A stretch of DNA of 64,000 nt from Elusimicrobiota bacterium. GTDB lineage: Bacteria > Elusimicrobiota > Elusimicrobia > UBA1565. The stretch's first letter is position 1. Each line of letters begins with the position of its first letter. The position numbers and the translations under genes are program-made. The notes beneath the pieces were generated by a model. It did not search any database. It was not told the DNA's origin and saw only the letters and a list, made by a program, of their open reading frames with translations. The stretch lies in NCBI GenBank assembly GCA_016196755.1, contig JACPXC010000010.1:7802-71801 (forward strand), read 5' to 3'. Below, one piece after another: positions 59,411 through 64,000 of this stretch.

Positions 59411-62400
59411 GGGCCCTGGCCCTGCTGCTGGCCTTCGCCGCTCCGGCCGGCGCGGTCATGAGGGGCCCCCACGCCGATACCGACGCCCGCCGTTTCGGCC
59501 TTGACCAGCCCCAGACCGCGCCCGCCGTCGCCGCTCCCGCGCGACTCAACGGCGAAATCGACGCATTCAACCGCTCGCACCGCGGACGCTGGAACATGCG
59601 CTTCGGCCTGCAGGGCGTCGGCCCGCAGGGGACGACCGAGGCCCGCCTCACCGCCAAGGAGGCCGGCGAGCTCTTCCTGCGCGAGCGCGGCCTCTCCCTG
59701 GGCCTGCGGCCCGAGCAGTTGCGCCTCGCGATGGCCCGCACCCAAGGCGGCATGCACCACCTCCTTTTCGAGCAGATCGTCGACGGCGTCCCGGTGGAGC
59801 TATCCTCCGTCAAGGTGCACCTTGACGAGAGCGGCGCCGTCATCGGGCTCAACTCGTCGTTTAAGCGCAACGTGCGCGGTTCTCCGGTGCCCGTCCTGGG
59901 CGTCGCGCAGGCCGCGGCCAGCGTCGCCGCCGACCTGGGCGCCGCGCCCCCGGCCGAGGGCCGTCTGGTCTGGTTCCCGCCGCCCGCCGGCGGGAGCCCC
60001 GCGCTGGCCTGGAAGTTCCGGTCCGAGGCGGGGGGGAGCTGGGTCTATTATATCGACGCCCGCGACGGCCGTGTCCTCCTGCGCTACAACGACTTGCGCT
60101 TTCAAGCCTGCGTGACCTCGGGCACCATCCGCGCCATGGTCCACGACATCGACCCCAACCGCCAGACCGTCCAAGGCGTAGCCGAGTCGCGCCCGATCAA
60201 GAACCAGCGGGTGTTCATCGGAGACGCCAACAACTCCGTGCTGACCGACGCGAACGGCCAGTTCTGCTCGGCGGTCAACGGAAAGATCTTCACCCAGCTC
60301 CAGGGGCCCTTCGTCTCGATCTCCAATTGGAACGGCGCGGCCGCCCACTACGACAACGGCGGCGGCGTCTGGACGACGTTCTCCACGCCCCTGCAGTCCG
60401 ACCACCCCTACGCCGCCAACGCCACGGTCATCTCGACGATCAACGCCCCGGCCGGCGCGGTGAAGGTCATGCCGGTCTTTGCCGCCATGGACGTCGGATC
60501 CTTCGACCTGGCCGACGGCGACCTGGTCATCACCGACAACGACCAACTGGCTATCCTGGACTCGGCGGGCAACTCGGTGGCCACCTATATCGGGAACCGG
60601 ACCGGCCTGCGCGGGGCCGCGGTACCCGGCAACCAACTCCGCCTGCGCCTTAAGACCAACGCGACGGGGGCCCGCAACGGCTTCTCGATCTCGGTGTCGA
60701 GCTACCTGACCCTCACCAACAACCCCTTCCTCGCCAACAACCAGACCGCCACCTTCACCTGGAACACCACCCAGACCCTGGACGGCACGCTCGACGAGCC
60801 CAACCTCTTCTACCAGCTCAACCTCATGCACGACTACTTCCGCAACGGCCCCAACGCCGGCGGCGAGGCGCCGATCGACAAGGTCGTGCCGGTCATGGCC
60901 CGCGCCGGTCCCAACCTCGCCAACGCCTTCTACGACCCGCTCCACCAGAACCTGACGATCGGCGACGTCGCGTCCGGCTTCGCGCTCGACGCCACGGTCG
61001 TGCGCCACGAGTACACCCATTTCGTCGTCGACCAGATCTATCCGGTCATCAACTTCGGCCAGCACGGGGCGATCAGCGAGGCGCTGGCCGACTACTTCTC
61101 GGCCAGCTCGCTGAACCTGTCCACCATCGGGAGCTTCACGGGAGCGCAGTTCGGCCACGGCTCCCTGCGCGAGCTCGACTGTCCGACCAAGGCCGCCTGC
61201 ACGCTCTTCCCGACCAATTGGACCGGCGTCATCCACGAGGACTCGCGGATGATCAGCCAGACGCTCTGGAGCATCCGCGGCGACCTTATGGCCCTGCCGG
61301 TGCCGGGGGCCGTCAACGGCAAGGCCTGCGCCGACGGCCTGGTCTTCGGGGCCATGTTCTTCTATCCCGACAGCTTCGCGGACTTCGAGCTGGCGATGAA
61401 GACCATGGCCGAGCGCGCGGCCGCCGCGGTGCCGGCCTGCGGCGGGGCGGTCGACGCGGGCCTCATCGAGAACCGCTTCTCCAACCACGGCATCAACATC
61501 GCGGCGGGAGACCAGGACGTCTACGAGCCCAACGACGGTATCGCCTCGGCCACCGACATCACGACCGCCGCGGTCGTCAACGGGCGGATATTCCCGAACG
61601 CCGACCAGGACTTCTACGCCCTCGGCGCCGCGGCCGGCCCGATGGCGATCACGCTTTCGCTGCCCGAGGTCGCCGGCCTCCCCGGCGTCTATACGGTCTA
61701 CGCGATGACCCTGATAGACCGCACCTTCAACGTCGTGGCCACCAAGCAGCCGCCCATCGACATCAACCCGACCCTGAGCGGGAACTGCCCGGACTCCGAC
61801 TGTCAGACCTCGGCCGGTCAGCTCGTCCTCAACTACGACAACCCGTCCGCCAACCAGTTCTACCTCCTGGTCTCCGCGGCGCCGGGGGACGAGGGCGCTA
61901 TCACCAACACCAACTCGACCCGCTTCTACTCCCTCTCGGCCGTCTACCCGCGCGTGGGCCCCGCGGCCGCGGGGATCGTCAGCGCCCAGTTCGACCGCGA
62001 CACCATCGACTTCTCGGTCTCGGTCTCGACCTTCGTCACCGGCCAGGCCTACCAGTTCACCCACGCGCGCCTGCGCGACCACACCCAGGCTCCCCTGAGC
62101 GGCACCGAGACCAATTCCGTGGCCCCCTTCCTGACCCTGATCTCCTCGACGAGCACGCAGGGCCGGATCACCGGCCGGGTACGGCTGGCCCCGGGGTTCA
62201 CGGCCCGCTATCCGTCGGCCGGCACCGTCCACCTCGAGATCTTCGCGGTGACCCCTCTAGGCCACAGCCAGTCGATGGGCTTCTCGAACGCCATCGCCCT
62301 GACCGCCTCGGGGACCAGCCTCACGGCCTTCAACAACCTCTTCAATCCGGCGCGCGGGGAGAAGGCCACGATCAAATGGGAGACCCAAGCCTCCGGACGG

Positions 62401-62595
62401 ATCCTCCTGCGCCTGTTCACCGTCGCCGGCCAGCACGTGCTGACCCTGCTCGACGAGGAGCGCCCGGCCGGCAAGGGCGCAATCGACTGGCCCGGGGTCA
62501 ACAGCATCGGCCAGCGCGTGGCCAGCGGCGTCTACATCCTGCACATCGACGCCCCCGACCTCGACGAGACCAAGAAGATCGTGGTGGTCAAATAG
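59407..62595 (+). CDS. Large secreted zinc metalloprotease (M4 thermolysin-like/M36-like; FTP/PepSY propeptide region, HExxH) with C-terminal Ig-like T9SS-type/FlgD-Ig-like sorting domain
   Basis: Signal MRALALLLAFAAPAGA. PepSY-like region (GMHHLLFEQIVDGVPVELSSVKVHLDESGAVIGLNSS). Active site VVRHEYTHFVVDQ. C-terminal ...RVASGVYILHIDAPDLDETKKIVVVK resembles T9SS C-terminal sorting domains. Confidence 0.7.
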   Translation: MRALALLLAFAAPAGAVMRGPHADTDARRFGLDQPQTAPAVAAPARLNGEIDAFNRSHRGRWNMRFGLQGVGPQGTTEARLTAKEAGELFLRERGLSLGLRPEQLRLAMARTQGGMHHLLFEQIVDGVPVELSSVKVHLDESGAVIGLNSSFKRNVRGSPVPVLGVAQAAASVAADLGAAPPAEGRLVWFPPPAGGSPALAWKFRSEAGGSWVYYIDARDGRVLLRYNDLRFQACVTSGTIRAMVHDIDPNRQTVQGVAESRPIKNQRVFIGDANNSVLTDANGQFCSAVNGKIFTQLQGPFVSISNWNGAAAHYDNGGGVWTTFSTPLQSDHPYAANATVISTINAPAGAVKVMPVFAAMDVGSFDLADGDLVITDNDQLAILDSAGNSVATYIGNRTGLRGAAVPGNQLRLRLKTNATGARNGFSISVSSYLTLTNNPFLANNQTATFTWNTTQTLDGTLDEPNLFYQLNLMHDYFRNGPNAGGEAPIDKVVPVMARAGPNLANAFYDPLHQNLTIGDVASGFALDATVVRHEYTHFVVDQIYPVINFGQHGAISEALADYFSASSLNLSTIGSFTGAQFGHGSLRELDCPTKAACTLFPTNWTGVIHEDSRMISQTLWSIRGDLMALPVPGAVNGKACADGLVFGAMFFYPDSFADFELAMKTMAERAAAAVPACGGAVDAGLIENRFSNHGINIAAGDQDVYEPNDGIASATDITTAAVVNGRIFPNADQDFYALGAAAGPMAITLSLPEVAGLPGVYTVYAMTLIDRTFNVVATKQPPIDINPTLSGNCPDSDCQTSAGQLVLNYDNPSANQFYLLVSAAPGDEGAITNTNSTRFYSLSAVYPRVGPAAAGIVSAQFDRDTIDFSVSVSTFVTGQAYQFTHARLRDHTQAPLSGTETNSVAPFLTLISSTSTQGRITGRVRLAPGFTARYPSAGTVHLEIFAVTPLGHSQSMGFSNAIALTASGTSLTAFNNLFNPARGEKATIKWETQASGRILLRLFTVAGQHVLTLLDEERPAGKGAIDWPGVNSIGQRVASGVYILHIDAPDLDETKKIVVVK

Positions 62596-63765
62596 ATGCG
62601 CCGCGCGGCCCCCGTCCTGGCCTTCATCCTCCTCGCCGGCGTCCCGGCACGGGGGGAGAACGTCGGCACCACGGCGGCCCCGGTCCTGCAGATCCCGATG
62701 GGCGCGCGCGCCTCGGGCATGGGGACGGCCTTCACCGGCCTGGCTTCGGACATCAACGCCCTCTATTACAACCCGGCGGGACTCAGCGTCATGCCTTGGC
62801 GCGAGGCCGCGTTCATGTTCCTCAAGGGCATCGACGACCAGTCGATCCAGCACTTCGCGCTGGGCGGCCCGATCCCCTTCTCCGGCCTCATCGGCGAGGG
62901 CTACACCTCGATGGGCGGCAGCATCCTGATAGCCTCCCACGGCGACATCGAGATCAACCGCCTCAACCCCGACGGGACGCTGGGCTCGAGCGAGTCGCGC
63001 GAGGCGGGCTCGGACCTCGTGGCCACGCTGGGCTACTCCGAGCGCGTGGCGACCTTCGAGGTCCCTATCCGCCGGGACACGATCCGCCTCGAGCACACCA
63101 TGGGTGTCAACGGGAAGTACATCCGTTCGACCCTGGCCGAGAGCTATCGCGCCACGGCCTTCGCGGGGGACCTCGGCTACCTCATCCGCGCGCCGGACCA
63201 GGGCTTCGGCATCGGGGCGGCCATCCTCAACATGGGCCCAAAGATGACTTTCATCGAGGAGGGCGACCCCCTGCCTCTTACCTACCGCGCCGGGGTCTCC
63301 TGGCGCCCGAGGCTGCCGGAGACGATGACCCTCCCGGCCCGCCAGGAGCTCACGCTGGTCGGCGACGCCGTCTACCTGGCGCGCGAGCGGGCCTGGCGTG
63401 GGATGGTCGGCGCGGAATGGGCGGCGCTGCGCCAGTTCGCGGTCCGCCTCGGCTACCGCCTCAACGACGAGGTGGCCGGCTTCACGGTCGGCTTCGGCGC
63501 GGGCATCTCGTCCTTGAGCGTCGATTACGCCTGGAACATGACCGACGCCCTCTCCAACACCCACCGCTTCGCGTTCACCTGGCGCTTCGGCCGGGTCCCC
63601 GACCGCGACCGCGAGAAGCGCCGCAAGCCCTTCATCGAGAGCATGCCGGAGCGCGAGGACCTCAAGGGCATCGAGGAGAAAAAGCCCGACCTCATCGACC
63701 AGCCCCAGCGGCCGCGCCGCGAGGTCCCCGAGAATCGGCGCGGCGCGCCGGGCTGGATCTACTAG
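62596..63765 (+). CDS. FadL/OMPP1-superfamily outer-membrane beta-barrel protein (PorV-like)
   Basis: Signal MRRAAPVLAFILLAGVPARG. N-terminal FadL/PorV-type motif GMGTAFTGLASDINALYYNPAGL. C-terminal aromatic residues (AFTWRFG). Starts 1 nt after the protease stop. Confidence 0.6.
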   Translation: MRRAAPVLAFILLAGVPARGENVGTTAAPVLQIPMGARASGMGTAFTGLASDINALYYNPAGLSVMPWREAAFMFLKGIDDQSIQHFALGGPIPFSGLIGEGYTSMGGSILIASHGDIEINRLNPDGTLGSSESREAGSDLVATLGYSERVATFEVPIRRDTIRLEHTMGVNGKYIRSTLAESYRATAFAGDLGYLIRAPDQGFGIGAAILNMGPKMTFIEEGDPLPLTYRAGVSWRPRLPETMTLPARQELTLVGDAVYLARERAWRGMVGAEWAALRQFAVRLGYRLNDEVAGFTVGFGAGISSLSVDYAWNMTDALSNTHRFAFTWRFGRVPDRDREKRRKPFIESMPEREDLKGIEEKKPDLIDQPQRPRREVPENRRGAPGWIY

Positions 63766-63805
63766 CGCGTAAATAGCCCGGTCCGGTTGTTGTAGAATCG
63801 CCCGA

Positions 63806-64000
63806 ATGAAGCCCCGCCGTTGGGCGTTGCCGGCCGCCGCGTGCTACGCGATGCTGGTCGCCCTGACCTGGACCTTCGAAGGCCACGCCGCCCAGAAGCT
63901 CCAGCCGCGCGGCATGGACGGGTTCGGCGAGCTGCGCCAGCCGGCACGGCGTCCCGGCCCACCCTCCTCCTCCGGCTCCAAGGTGCCCTTCTCGAGCATC
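63806..64000 (+). CDS. Hypothetical protein, N-terminal fragment (signal-peptide-like), truncated by window end
   Basis: ATG at 63806 (MKPRRWALPAAACYAMLVALTW). The ORF continues past the window edge. Confidence 0.3.
   Translation, partial: MKPRRWALPAAACYAMLVALTWTFEGHAAQKLQPRGMDGFGELRQPARRPGPPSSSGSKVPFSSI

Noticed and set aside
59800-63776. 810-aa minus-strand ORF and 852-aa plus-strand ORF overlapping the metalloprotease and PorV-like genes
   Set aside because: Antisense/alternate-frame artefacts. The chosen frames contain signal peptides, the HExxH site and OMP motifs.

Overview
High-GC (~70%) chromosomal segment from a Gram-negative bacterium, probably an uncultivated lineage, with dense coding and many 4-nt start/stop overlaps (GTGA/ATGA). 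Main content: a type IV pilus assembly cluster (pilM/N fusion, pilO, pilP, pilQ, pilin); uvrA and nadB; a two-component/EndoIII/TPR operon; a treS-otsB-otsA trehalose cluster in which OtsA carries an N-terminal membrane sensor-like extension; a very long co-directional minus-strand array (~15.7-56.2 kb) with the Lpt/Kdo/heptose/LPS-core genes (lptCAB, kdsA, pyrG, kdsB, hldE kinase, gmhB, lpxK, waaA, GT9/GT4/GT2, deacetylase), yajC-secDF, tgt, queA, ruvCAB and yebC; a tRNA-Arg(TCG); and a secreted M4-like metalloprotease next to a FadL/PorV-like outer-membrane barrel. Three things stand out: (i) a ~510-bp near-perfect composite palindrome with perfect 31-bp terminal inverted repeats in the mprF-like/peptidase divergent promoter region; (ii) a ~1.7-kb low-GC (~50%) island carrying a single Fic-family gene inserted between tgt and queA; (iii) a 36-bp perfect hairpin plus a tandem 11-mer immediately 3' of tRNA-Arg. 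No CRISPR array, rRNA or transposase gene was seen. Many long ORFs in the six-frame track are alternate-frame artefacts of GC-rich DNA.
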